DNA of 64,000 bases from positions 1,240,001-1,304,000 of the forward strand of contig NW_027191404.1 in NCBI RefSeq assembly GCF_041146345.1, in the 5' to 3' direction. This DNA is from Neodothiora populina. Its lineage: Eukaryota. Below the pieces are notes generated by a model. It did no database searches. It saw nothing but the letters and a program-made list of their open reading frames with translations, and was not told where the DNA came from. Both the position numbers and the translations under genes were made by a program. This document shows, in pieces, positions 47,533 to 59,857 of this stretch (positions are counted from its first letter, which is position 1; every line of letters begins with the position of its first letter).

Positions 47533-49869
47533 ATGCTACGCGGTAGATTACTGTATAATGCAAATGCATCGGCATGTTTGATTGGCATAGGTAGAAATGG
47601 AACCCGATCACCTTTAGCCCTTGCCGCTGCTGGCCAGAGAGGTCTAGCTATCCAGAGACCATCTCATGATGCTGTCTCTTCACCATCTCAGTGCGTTCTG
47701 ATGGGCTCTCGGTCATTCGTCTCTACGCCTGTGTTATCTGCCAAACACTCGAAACATTCGAAATCTCCCAAGGTCAAATCAGACAAGAACCGTCGGAAGG
47801 ATTCCATCTCGAAGTCTTCTGAACGCCATACTCCGCATCTCGACACATTATTACAGTTGCGCGATGCCATCACCGACAACGATGTTGCATCTGCGCTCGA
47901 TGCATATCTTGTCGTTCGCTCCGTCATGCCCATAGGGGGTGCTGATGTGGCCGAAATGGCTCAAACCTTGCATACTGCCTTTCGCAGGAACCGTCCAAGA
48001 TCTCCTCAAGACAAAGCTCCGCCCGAGCTCCTTGCCTTTGCTGACATCTTGGTCGCCGATATTGGTGCTCATCAGTTGCCTCCGAATCACACCGCTCACT
48101 TGCATCTGCTTGCCTACTACAAGGAAGCAGGCGAGCTCGACAAGGGTGTTGGCTTCTGGGAATGGCTTGAGAACCAAGATGACTCTTATGTCGATCCTGC
48201 CGTTTACGGTGCTGCCATTGAACTCTTGGCTGTTCAGGGCCGACCAGGAGAGGAAATAGAGCTCCTCTTCGAGCAGGCCTTGAAGCGTTTCCCTGGCGCA
48301 TACAACGAGTACCACCTCTCCCCTCACGCAATCGTGGCTGATCGATCTCGACCCATCAACATCAAGGGCATTCCTACTACCCTCTTGCAGGGCATCCTGC
48401 ATGCACGTTTGTTGCGCGGTGACACCAAAGGCGCTTACATGGCCCTAGATACTGGCTTAAGACTGTTCCCTACTCAGCTGCCCTCTCGTTTCTTCAACCT
48501 CTTTGTCTCGGAGCGCCCGATTGCAGAAGGGTACAAGGTCTTCCTGATGGCATGTCGATCCGGAACCACTTTGGGTCCTGATTGCTTGAAGAGTCTGCTT
48601 CAGAAAATGAGGCATACTGTCGTGGCTGATCCTCTGGCAAATGCTTCTGTACTTCGCTCCATGTTGACTGCTGCGTACGCCTACGCAGCCAGTGGCTCCT
48701 CACTATCGACAGATCATCTCAACGAGTGTGTCATCGCCATCACCAGTGTCTTCCAGGACCATACTGCGCGTGGGCTTTCCGGAGACCAAGCCAACTCGCT
48801 CAGCAACGCTATCTTGCAGTCCGTGAGTAAGCTCTTTGCCATCTGGCGCACACAAGGCGCTCGCCCGGGCATCGCTGCTTTCAACACTGTTCTAGCGAAT
48901 GTCGCTGGAAAGGGGCAGACCGAAGCCATTATTGCCACATGCTTGGCGGACATGGAGGCTCTGGAACTTGAGCCAACACATGTGACCCGCCGCTGTATCA
49001 TGAAGGCAGCTGGAGAGGGTAAACAATCGCACATTCTCAGGTCCACCTGGCAGATTGTGGTTGACAGTCGTCCGAGCCATGATAGAGTGCCTAAGACGCA
49101 TGACTGGCAGTCACTTGCGAAAGCGGCCGTCAGAACAGGCGACGAAGAATTTGTGAGGCAACAACTCGACAGCTGGTCGTCTGATCTGGATTCCTTTGTT
49201 GTCACTCGTATAGAGAGAGTGCTCGATTCAGGAGCTCGCGAGACTGCAAATCATGTTGACAGCAGTGTAATTCCTGACCAGCTTACGCGCCTGATCGAAA
49301 AGATCGACCAGGACGCCGACTACGTTGAGCATCAGCTACGAAATGACCGCTTCCTGGATTTTCGCGCAAACCCGTTACCAATGACACTCGGAAGCGCTGA
49401 AGCCGCCGAGGGTGTAGATTCGGAGAAGGAGTTGCGGGCTTTGTATGATGAGCTTACAACCGACAAGAGCTACGAACAGGCCAGACTTCAGCAGTCAAAA
49501 GACACGATGATGGAGGCGACTGAAGGAACACCAATCATTGAAGCCGCCGGACTGGTCGAACCTGCAATGAGCTCTACTGAATTCGATTATGCTGAGCTTC
49601 GATACCAAAACTGGAAGACTCTCAACGAACTGCTTGCTGAGGCGGAACAGCGCGACGATGACTTCTTGCGTGCTGTCGATACAGCGATAGAACAGGGCAC
49701 GCCGCCACCTCAGCGAAACGACGAATGGAAGAATCCTAGTCCTGCTGGTCCTTCCGTAGGCCTTACCGACTACCATGCAACGAAGGCTGGCTCGAATGGA
49801 ACCGTTCATGGTGACAGTCAGAACCGCGACATCCGCCAAGAGGTATTGCGCTTGCGCGCATACGCATGA
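47533..49869 (+). CDS. Probable mitochondrial helical-repeat (PPR-like) protein
   Basis: 778-aa ORF with an Arg-rich presequence-like N-terminus and degenerate PPR-like segments (DPAVYGAAIELLA, PGIAAFNTVLANVA). The PPR call is inference. Confidence 0.75.
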   Translation: MLRGRLLYNANASACLIGIGRNGTRSPLALAAAGQRGLAIQRPSHDAVSSPSQCVLMGSRSFVSTPVLSAKHSKHSKSPKVKSDKNRRKDSISKSSERHTPHLDTLLQLRDAITDNDVASALDAYLVVRSVMPIGGADVAEMAQTLHTAFRRNRPRSPQDKAPPELLAFADILVADIGAHQLPPNHTAHLHLLAYYKEAGELDKGVGFWEWLENQDDSYVDPAVYGAAIELLAVQGRPGEEIELLFEQALKRFPGAYNEYHLSPHAIVADRSRPINIKGIPTTLLQGILHARLLRGDTKGAYMALDTGLRLFPTQLPSRFFNLFVSERPIAEGYKVFLMACRSGTTLGPDCLKSLLQKMRHTVVADPLANASVLRSMLTAAYAYAASGSSLSTDHLNECVIAITSVFQDHTARGLSGDQANSLSNAILQSVSKLFAIWRTQGARPGIAAFNTVLANVAGKGQTEAIIATCLADMEALELEPTHVTRRCIMKAAGEGKQSHILRSTWQIVVDSRPSHDRVPKTHDWQSLAKAAVRTGDEEFVRQQLDSWSSDLDSFVVTRIERVLDSGARETANHVDSSVIPDQLTRLIEKIDQDADYVEHQLRNDRFLDFRANPLPMTLGSAEAAEGVDSEKELRALYDELTTDKSYEQARLQQSKDTMMEATEGTPIIEAAGLVEPAMSSTEFDYAELRYQNWKTLNELLAEAEQRDDDFLRAVDTAIEQGTPPPQRNDEWKNPSPAGPSVGLTDYHATKAGSNGTVHGDSQNRDIRQEVLRLRAYA

Positions 49870-50187
49870 ATAGATGGGATAATACAAAGGGAACTTGCAT
49901 ATAAAATTATATGCTATCGGGGTGAGAGCCTGCAATGACAGCACTTTCAAGAAAGAAAGGTTTCTTGTATTTTCTCAATACCAAGTACCCGACCAATGCC
50001 TATTAACTTGTACCATTGCTCCATATAATATCAGTATACACCCAGTATTAATAACCACAGTAGACCGAGACCCCACATCGTGTTCCGGTACACCAGCAGC
50101 AACCAAATCCGAACCGTCGATTCATCTCATCAAGTCATTATTGTAAAGTTTGACACGTTTTGGTCTTTTATAATTCAGGAGACCGAT

Positions 50188-50424
50188 TCACTTTGTCTCG
50201 GTCGACCACTCGCAGTGAAAGTTGATGGGCGATGGAGGTGGGGGCGCGGGTGTCTCCTCGTTTGTGACGAGGCGAATCTGCAGGTCGTTCCTTCGGGGAT
50301 ACGATGCTGACACGGCGAAGGCGTGCTGCAAGTCCTCGTGTGTGAACGAAGAGCTCGAGTCGACTCTGATGAGTTCTGGGGAGCTCTCGGGGCAGGAGAA
50401 TGTGGGTGATGATGGGAGAGACAT
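50188..50424 (-). CDS. Putative small (78 aa) Ser/Pro-rich protein
   Basis: ATG in acaATG context, C-ending codon bias, PPPPSP motif, TATATATA about 350 nt upstream (50776-50783). No family recognised. Confidence 0.5.
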   Translation of the reverse strand: MSLPSSPTFSCPESSPELIRVDSSSSFTHEDLQHAFAVSASYPRRNDLQIRLVTNEETPAPPPPSPINFHCEWSTETK

Positions 50425-53249
50425 TGTCAAGGTTGATGATGTGTTTCGTATCGTCAACAGAGAAATAGTCTTTAGACTGTGAGTGTTGGCTTGAACGCTC
50501 GTCGAGAAGTATGTATCTCAGACTGTTTGGCGAATGTCGTTGCGATTCGGTATTGTCAATCTAGTAGACTCGGCCTCGGACCCAAAAATAGCTTGGAGTA
50601 GTTGATTTAGTAGTAGACTTCTGGAACAGAAGGCTTTTTGTTGCAAGGCAAGTGCAGGTATTTTTTTTGTATCTATACGAGGCAAGTATAGATATTCTTT
50701 ATCTAGGGAAAGGAACAAAGAATCGCGGATGAGACGGAGGAGTAAAATACGAGGCTAGAGGGACATCTGGACCAGATATATATACCCTATTCCTGTCTCA
50801 CGTTGACAAGGCACCCGTATCTCAGCTGGTTTGGTGCGGGAAGAGGGAACGATCCGCAGCGAGAGAAAAGCGAGACACGACAGCGATCCTGTCATCAAGC
50901 AATCATCTTCATTTCCAAGATTCCTAGGTTCATTCCCATCTTTTCCAGAAACGCGTCCTGTGCTCCATTTCAGCCCCCTCCCCCTCCTTCATTCCACAGT
51001 GTCCGTGAGGACAAATGCATCACACTTTGATCTGCCATCCAACGGATCGTTTCGCGTCTTTCCAATCCTGGCCGAGAAGATACAAGTCAGCTGCAGAGAG
51101 GGTGAGAGGGAAACGCGAGTGCATACGACCATCGACCGGGGAATTAGCAATCTATTGTGCTAGCTCCATTCCCGTCCCCACGGTTCCCTGATAGACCTCT
51201 ACCCACCTCGACCCCACAGCACCAGAACCCCTACCTGAGCCTGACCTTGCAGCATGCAGTGAAGGTAGATGCAGCAACTCCATGGTGGCGGTCCCTCCGC
51301 CTTCACCCACCACTTGACGCCCCCCTGCCTGTTTTAATATGACCGTGCATGTGCATGGCTTCGTATCCGGGATTCTGCCCTTCTGCTTTGGTGTCTGACA
51401 CTCGTTTCTTCTTCGTCACTTCACCCATACATTCGCGGCCGAACCGGATTTTCCATGACCACTTGGTTTTCGTCTTCAACCGTGCTTTTCCGTCGGTCTG
51501 TTTGGACGCGCATTTAGCCGTTTCTACACAGTTCGTGATGCGCCGGTTGGTTCACGGTCAGCTTCCCTGGGGTTTATTTCCGACGCTTGGTCGGGACTAT
51601 CATCCGCGTTCCTAGTGCTGGCAGAGCGCTCCACCGCTCATTGTTAGATTTGCTCGCCTTCCAATATTATTCCGCATGGCTTATCGCGAATTTCTTCTCG
51701 TCTCGTCGTCCCTCTTGGACCAAGCGGCTTAGAACAAAAAGAGAACCCGTCATTCTGACCAGTCTCTGTTCTGCGAAGTGCGATGGGCAATTTGTCTCAC
51801 ACAGACATCAAACCTCGTGGATTACGACTCACGTATCATGTTGGTCGTCGGACACGAGCATGGCGGTCGCGCGCCCACACGGAATGGTTCTGTGACAGCT
51901 GTTTGCAGTGTCTCCGACCGGGGTTAGACGGATGTGGCGCTTTTTCACTTCTGTGGAGTTACCCCATAATATGCGAGCCCGTTTGGGCCTTGTCTATCAC
52001 ATTCTCCCCTTTGACGTTCCATGGCCCCGTGCAGTTGTTCTTCACATACGCGTACTTGTGAAGTTTTGATTGACATGTCTGCAAGGCTGATTCAATCGTT
52101 TGCTTATTGAGGCATGATCGATCGGTTCTTTTCTCCATGCGGGGGGAACAGATATTCGGCGTGATGGTCTTCCAAGCTAGCGAAAAGGTAGGTTTGCATT
52201 AATTTGGGCAAGGATGCAGCATAACAGCAGTGCGGCAGCTACAATAACAATCTACAAGTGACGGATGAACACACAGTCCGCACTCGAGACCAAGTGGATC
52301 GTGCGAATGAGCATTAATCAGACAGCAAGAAAAGCTCATTGCGATCAGATTGGTAAGGCATTACTGCAATGTTAATCTATTCATGACAGCACCTTCCCGG
52401 ACCCCATACATTTCTTTGTCTACTCCCTGTTGTTCCTGCTCCCACCCGCTCTCCGTACCACCTCCGAAACATCGTGACTGGTTGATTTCCACGGACCAAA
52501 TGCCAGAATCCTAGAGGCTTCCCGATTTCGTTCTATCTCCTTTGCGGAGACCTTCCCAGCCCGGGCGACGCGCATACAACTCCGCAGCAAGCTCGTTTCT
52601 TATACAGATGCTTGTACGATGCGACAGGACACGATCTTTACAATCCGGTCTACTCTGGGTATCACAAGGCTACCCCACAAACGTCAGGCTTTATTTCTGC
52701 TCCTCCGAGGCAGGGAACACGGGCCACATCTATCTTACCTCTTTCTCTTCCCCATATTCCTGTACTCTCGTTTCTAGAAACAGTAGTATGTCGATCTTTG
52801 AACACATTTCCTTCTCCGCCTACTGCTGCGGACAATCTACTTGTACCAGCATCCAGGATCACTACCCTAGCTTGGCCGAGAGAGGGGGCGGGATACACGG
52901 CTACGTGCCGTGGTGCAGGAATGATCTCCATCGTTCACACACACCGTTGCGTGCTTGAGAGGGCGGCTGTAAAACGAACCGACACGTTCGCAAATCGAGA
53001 TGGCACATATGACCGGTACCTGGTGTGCTTAGGTAGCGTAAGACACAGATATACGCTGCTTTTCTGTAGGGCTGTAAGGCTCAAGGTAAGATTTACTGTA
53101 CTAAGGCGGGTGCAGGTACAGTAATGTACGTACGGGATGACCGACTAAACGACTGTGCAATGCTGGGCTGAGCAGGATTTGGCTAAGTCTGTGAGCCTGG
53201 AGTATGATGATTATTCTGCTGACATAGTCACATAAGAAAGACGACAGAA

Positions 53250-53322
53250 GTGTGTGTGTGTGTCACAGAGAGGAAGGCAAAATTGAGAAACTCAACTGAC
53301 TAATTGACTGACCGACTGACTG
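53250..53322. repeat. Short (GT)n and imperfect (ACTG)n simple repeats
   Basis: gtgtgtgtgtgtgt and actgactaattgactgaccgactgactga visible. Confidence 0.7.
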
Positions 53323-54725
53323 AGTAGCGGCCCCTTCCAACCCTCTTCTGCAGGGTGTGCTTATATACCTGTGCAACCTAGTAACTTGGGTGAGACGAAG
53401 TCTATTCGATTAATACTCAATGTCACCTCGTCGTCAGTAACTGTCAAAGTTCATTGATTTCTCATCTAGATGCAACGTGGGTATTGCTCACTCAGACCTT
53501 GTGTACACACACATATCTATTTCTTGGATACATGCTTGACTACCTGCTTGACTACTTTTCATCGTGATTCACAGTTTGTTCAAGATTCTTGGAATCTCAG
53601 ACTTATGTTCGCAAGGCAGGTAGACGTAACTATGTGCCAATAATCAGACAGACAGACCCGATCGTATGCGAATAGTCAGATAGACATACCTAATCACAAG
53701 TGAAAAACTGCATTAGAACTCAAAAAGACAAAACAAGTAGCTCCAATACTCACTTGTTCGATATCTCTGGAGCCCGCCCTAGATAATCCCTCGAAACTTG
53801 AAGACACCCAGAGAACAAAATATATCACCACCTAGCATTACGACAGGCAGGGACAGGGTCACCTCTGTTCATGTTGTTTATCACCACCGAGGTAGCTATA
53901 GAGTAGTCTTGGTTTCATCACTAGCTATGGAGTAGTCTCAGTGCTTCTCAGCCTCTTCCTCCTCGCTCTAGAAAGTCTCGATTTCCGAGATCCCGGTGAG
54001 AGTAATTTTGATAGAGGTAATCACAATTGAATCGCGGTTTCTTGATCGAGGAGATGAGAGTAGGGGAGGCGTGGGCAAGGGGGTTGTGCTTCAACGACAA
54101 AGTGGACGGTGTTCATCGCGTCGCAGATCTCGGTTCTTTCAGCAGAGCGGAGACATAAGAGCAAGGCTCCGAAGGCGATTCTTTTCCGTATCTTACACCG
54201 AGCAAGGAATAGCGTGTATGTTGTGGAACGATAAATGTCTTTTATTGTTGTCACGTTGTAGCAGTCATGTTTGTATATGCTCTCTTTCGCCTTGGTCTGA
54301 TAGATGACGAGTGACTAGATGGAGGTCAGATACACACTTTTTGCTGGGTGATGTATTGTCTGTTCAAGTATGGTCACCATGTAGGCCTGACTGTTCATAT
54401 GAATGTAGATCCGACTGTCATATGCTGCGCAAAATCACGGCACTGCTTCGACCGATTACTGATCTGGAGAGTTGCGTCACGCGGTGTGAGTTCTAATTGA
54501 GAGACATTCAGAAAAGACAGATGCAAGAGAATGAGGTGGCATTGAGTTAAATCGCTAGAACACTGTCTCGGGAAGAACTACAAAGTCGGTCGTCTCAAGA
54601 TCCACCTGCTACCAACCGGCCAAACGAAGCGCCTCAGGCATCTACCTGCCACCAGCCAGCCAGATCAGCGGTCTCGGCCAACCGCTGCTTCATCACCATC
54701 ATCATCGCAATCACCAGCGACACGA

Positions 54726-56506
54726 TCAACGGAAAAACGCAACATCGACTGGCGTGGAAGGTTGCAACACGATATCAGACTGCAGACCAGGTGGACCAGG
54801 CATGCAGTTCTCGAGCCGGCTGTACGTCTGCAGGATCCGCACGGTTGTGTATGCAACTTCTGTCAGGGCGTATTGCTGTCCTATGCAGATTCTCGGTCCG
54901 CCGTTGAAGGGGATGTCTGGGGGAAGGAGAGAGAGAGTGTCAGTAATGGATCTGTCTACGTGAGGAATTATTGCTTCTTAGGCATAAAACAACACTAAGG
55001 TCAGAAACATCGCATGCACGGATTGTATTGTTGATGAGATGGAGAAAAAGGCCAGCAAACTCACATGTCCACATCTGGGGGTGCCAGTGATCCCATCGCT
55101 CGGGCGAAAATTCCAAGTGGTGTGCAAACGTCTCCGACACTGGCGGGTATATGTCTGCGCGTCTTTGCATTCCAAGAGGAGAATAGAAGATGGGCGTTCC
55201 CTTTGGCACACCTATAGGCTGCATACCATCGCTGCCGCCACCTCGAGGAAGAGTGGTGTCCTTGATCGCCACGCGCGTGTTATAAGGCACGATGGGATAT
55301 AACCTTAGCGTCTCGTTGATAGTGTGCGTTAGATACTTCATGTTCTTCAGATCTGCATACGTGGGTGCACTGCCGTCTGGCAGAGTTGCGGTGATCTCCA
55401 TACGTAATTTTTCGACAATCTGCGGTCGGCAAGAGATTTCGTAGAAGGTCCACGCCAGCGTCATGGCTGTCGTATCGCGTCCTGCCAACAGCACAGCCGC
55501 AATCTGATCGCGTAGTACCTGCGGATCACGCGTGAACCCCGCCAATGCGTGCAGGAATGTGTAGCCTTCGTCAGACTTGGAGTTCTTCTCTAGCTCATCA
55601 GGCGAGAGGCGAAGAGTAGACTCGACAAATTGCTCGATGAATGCATCCACGATCTTGAGTTCTTCTCGGAACTTCTTGCGTGGCACGAACGCACTCATCG
55701 GACCGATACGAGAGATCAATCCTTGTGTATGCTGGACTCTGGCAAAGGCATCTGCGAATGGTACCTCTGACATTTCGAGACTATGAACACTCGTGCCAAG
55801 CAGGAAGTCCGTTGCGGCATCCAACGTGTATCGATAGAAGATGTCCACAAGGTCCACAGGAGTGCCGGGTCTGCTATGGGCACCACCAGCAAGGATAGGC
55901 AGGAGCACGTTGATGTGGTTTTCGAAGACGTGCAAGTCTGACACACGATCTTTGATAAACTGGGGACGAATCAATTGACGGGATTGATGCCATAGAGTGC
56001 CATCTGTGGTGAATATGCCTGACAACACGAGTCAGTTTTTTGGACACTCGAATGACGATGTACATCGTGAAATGTGACATCAAGACAAGACCAACGAGGG
56101 ACTCACTATCGCCCAGGAACTCTCTCCAATCTCGGTGAAATACTTCACCCTTGCCATAATCCGCAAATTGAGTTGCTAGTATCGCCTTGATGTTCAACTC
56201 ATCAATGGTGATAATGGACCTTTGACCTCCAGGGCTCACTTCAACGGTGGTCGGATGATTAGGATTTGCATACTTTCGTAGGAGACTCTGCCAGAGATCT
56301 AGCAATTCATGTTTGTTATTTTTGCGGAAGACTTCCACAACGAAACCGATGCCTAAGGGCAGATAGCTAGGCACGGAGGGCGCGTGTCCGCCGGAGCGTC
56401 TTATTTTCGACTCTGTCGTGAAATGATAGATGATAGATCGGACAATCCAAGTGACAGTCAAGGCACTAATGGCATAGACTGCAAGAGCCTTAGGTGTTTG
56501 CTCCAT
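54726..56506 (-). CDS. Cytochrome P450, CYP52-clan (alkane/fatty-acid hydroxylase-like); introns 56106-56019 and 55064-54917
   Basis: [23 protein letters not shown]-helix LAGRDTT, ETLRLYP, PERW, and heme motif [15 protein letters not shown] in the third exon. Confidence 0.93.
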
Positions 56507-57714
56507 TGGAAGTGAAATGGATGCGAAATCCTAAAGGACTAGTAGCGATCTGGTCTGTTTGTCCTCACATGAGGAACGGCGTAGCGGCCCTCGCCTTGCT
56601 TATACGGCTGTGACCCATGTCCATATGATGGTCCTACGACAATGCCTGCGCATGACTTAAGTGGGGCTCCATGCGCTCTATATGCAACCGCTGGTGTATT
56701 TGGGGTCGTAACATAGAGGTTCTCGCGCAAAAATTACCCCTCCTGGTAGATAATCAACTACCCCTCCTTGAAAGCATTGAACTCTGCCTCGGCTTTGCTT
56801 CTCGTCACTTCGAGAACAGCAGGTAATGTATCACTTACTTGGCACAATTGATTGAATGGTGATATTCGCATACGAAGGAGTCGCAACTACTTTAGACAAT
56901 GCGTCTATTCTTAGACTATATGTCTGCGGAGCTCGCTAGTAGCAGGTACAAGCTCGGATTAACTAGTACTGATCAACAACAACTCATTCACGGCACCATA
57001 AAAGTACAGTATAGTAATGATGATAAGGCACATGGATTTTGTCGTTTTGAATCACTCCAGGTAGTGAACAGACAGGTCTCTACTGTGTCAGTACTTTTTT
57101 TTCATACCTTGATGTATCATCACATGCGTCCTGTGCTTCCCATCTTATGCTTAGGTTCATTCTATGTTTGCCTATAGTAGTCGTAGCATCATACTTGTGT
57201 AGTAGCACTACGCAAGTCTAGTGCCCTGTACAACATTTATCCAGCTTGTTTGTGATGACATCCGTCCAGTTGAGTGAGAGCCGACCACAACCCAGGACTC
57301 TGGGAAAAGAGTTGGATATGGTCGCATCACACACTCATTAAGATAGACGCAGAAATAGAAATCATTGATTCGACCGATGATCGGGATGTTGTCGCAGTGG
57401 ACAACGATATCTCCAGCAGCAACTCAAAATACAGTCCGACAAGTATCACTGCATGGTCAAAGGCGCGGTGGCTGCACATTTTCTGTTGAAGCAAAAGGGA
57501 TATGAAGGTAGTGGATCCGATGGTGAACTGGATGTGCAGTCCAGAGCGGCGACTGAACGGAAGCTCCGCAAATCTTGGCATTTGCAGCTACTGCTGCAGT
57601 ACGCGCTTCATGTTTCCATCATACCAAGGTTTCTGAGAGTACATAATTCATTCTTTTTTGGCTTGTCAGTCGCACCACATCACCTATATCAGTTGTGGTT
57701 CTGCCGAAATAACA

Positions 57715-59141
57715 ATGCGCAGCCAGGCGCAAAAGTTGCTTTGTTTCTCACAAGCATGTGAAAGGGCAAATCCCCATCACGGCTTGATCCACCGTCGCTT
57801 TGTTCAGATAGCCGCAACTCCATCTTCGACGAATCCAAGTTCCGACCTCAACAGCGCAGATCCAGCATCTCGCTCTTCCTTGACACCTGGTGTGTAATGC
57901 ATGTGTTCTTCTCTGTCTGCACTCTATTGACTCTTCGTCAGATGCCCAGTTCGAGGTCTTAGGCAGCCCTTATTCCCTACTATCCGCTTCAATTTCTGCG
58001 TCGCAAGACCTTTACACTCGCAAGGGATCTCTAGTCGGCTTCAATGGCGATGCTGAAAGCGTGAGCATGCGACAAAACATTGCGCTCACGGTTATGATCT
58101 GATGTCCTCGTAGACCGTGTCGACTCTTTCCATTCTCGAGCCCTTCCGACGAGCCCTGTTCGGCATTCCATTCCTGTATCAAAAGGCAAGACCGGCAGCT
58201 ATTGGACATGGACGAATTGACCGATGCTAACGATTGAGTAGATAACTTCCACCTCGCCTTACACAGCCTTGATTTCTACCAAGTCGCCAGTCACGACTTT
58301 CTCCGTTATTCACCTCGATGGCCGTTTAGATTGGATGATCGCCCAGAGAAACGCGCTCCTTGCATGGACTGGCCACAGCCTGAGTGTGAGACCTCAGATC
58401 AAAACGTCAATGGTATACGGACCCGACTCTTGAAGAAGAGGAACATTGCTAAGAGTAACAGAGTCTGGCCCATTGGGGCAACTCCCGCGTTACCGGTCGC
58501 GGTTTGTTATGTTTATCAGGCAAGGGTCAAATTTATCAATTGGCTCTGAAGTCTGGAGAGGAATATGTCGTCCATCCCAAGTAAGATATCCATACGATTG
58601 TTGGAGAGAAACACCCGTCTGATGGATCCGACAGCAACTTGATCGCCTACAGCGTCATGCAACACGCACCGCAGCCATACAGATTCCGATCATCGACCCT
58701 CAGATTCCAAATACCAAGCCCTAGCTCGCTGTTGCCTGATACGCGCTTCTTCCGCATAATGCGGGAGTCACAAAGCTGGCGTTTCATCGCATCAGCAGCA
58801 TACACGATGAGAACATGGGCGAGACGCACGATTTGGGGGGATAGAGTGAGTAAAGCGCCGAATTCTGTCTGTGACCATACTAACGGACCAACCAGCTATT
58901 CCTCCGATTCCAAGGACCCGCGAATATACTCATCCAATCGAGGGGCGCATCCATCCGCGAATCGCTAAGTGCGGGAGACGTAAATGAGATCGCGGACACT
59001 CCAGCTGGAGTTGTGCAATCTGCGCTTGCCCCCGCCAAGCCAGTGGAGGCACCTAAGCAATCCTCACAGCCTGCTGCACCTGTGAAGCTCAACTATGCCA
59101 CAGTGAGCAAGGACGGCAAAGTAGATATCAGCTCAAAATGA
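57715..59141 (+). CDS. AIM24: Mitochondrial Aim24-family protein, highly spliced (about 6 introns, one GC-AG at 58186-58241)
   Basis: Reassembled peptide: [19 protein letters not shown]...[53 protein letters not shown]...[23 protein letters not shown]...[11 protein letters not shown]. Not shown as one ORF in the track. Confidence 0.85.
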
Positions 59142-59226
59142 GCATGCATTGTCCATTCTGTATAACTAGTCCCTATACCCCTTGTATGATGATTTTACGC
59201 GCAAATTGCGATTGCGGTTCTCGAAC

Positions 59227-59857
59227 TCATGATGCATGACTGCGCAAATCCTTGTAGAACCAGATTTCGTCGACGAGTCTTCCGTCTTTTGGGGAAATGC
59301 CGTACCTCGGAATCGTGCCGACTGCTGTATACCCCAAACGAGGATACACAGCCTCCGCAGGACTGCCCACCTCTGTGTCAAGTACCTGGAAGATGCATTA
59401 GCTGGACACCGCGAGGCTGGTCCAATAGGGTTTAACTCACAAGCAAGTGCCGACGCTGTGCTATAGCAACTTCCTCGAGTTTGTGCATAAGCTGTTTCGC
59501 AACACCCATCCTCCGAAATCGAGGATCAACAAGGAGTTTCTCGACTGAACCCCTAAAGGGTCCTGTCTCAGCGCCAGGCATGGCTAACATGACAAAGCCC
59601 GCGAGAACATCCGCCAAGCCCCCTTCTGGCGAAATCATTTGCATGATGATGACCCTGTCTCCAGCAGCCGCCTGCGTCGCTTTGCCCTCCCAATACTTCA
59701 AGACTCTGGAATCAGTGCTATCACAATCCGAATTGAATGGAGGAAGGAAGGTCGCCAAGGTATGATCGCTCTGCACACAAGCTATGTGAACTTCAGCAAA
59801 CCTGGGCAACAAATGAGCATGCTGCTCAGGATTAAACAGTGTCGGTGGCGGAAGCAT
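59227..59857 (-). CDS. GNAT N-acetyltransferase (Ttr/tabtoxin-resistance-like); intron 59440-59386
   Basis: Acetyl-CoA motif VEKLLVDPRFRRMGVAKQLM. Second exon reads VLDTEVGSPAEAVYPRLGY...GTIPRYG...FYKDL. Confidence 0.88.

Noticed and set aside
54917..55064. Possible nested (stwintron) structure in P450 intron 2, with an internal CTGAC...TAG
   Set aside because: Removing the putative internal intron does not regenerate a donor; a single 148-nt intron explains the frame.
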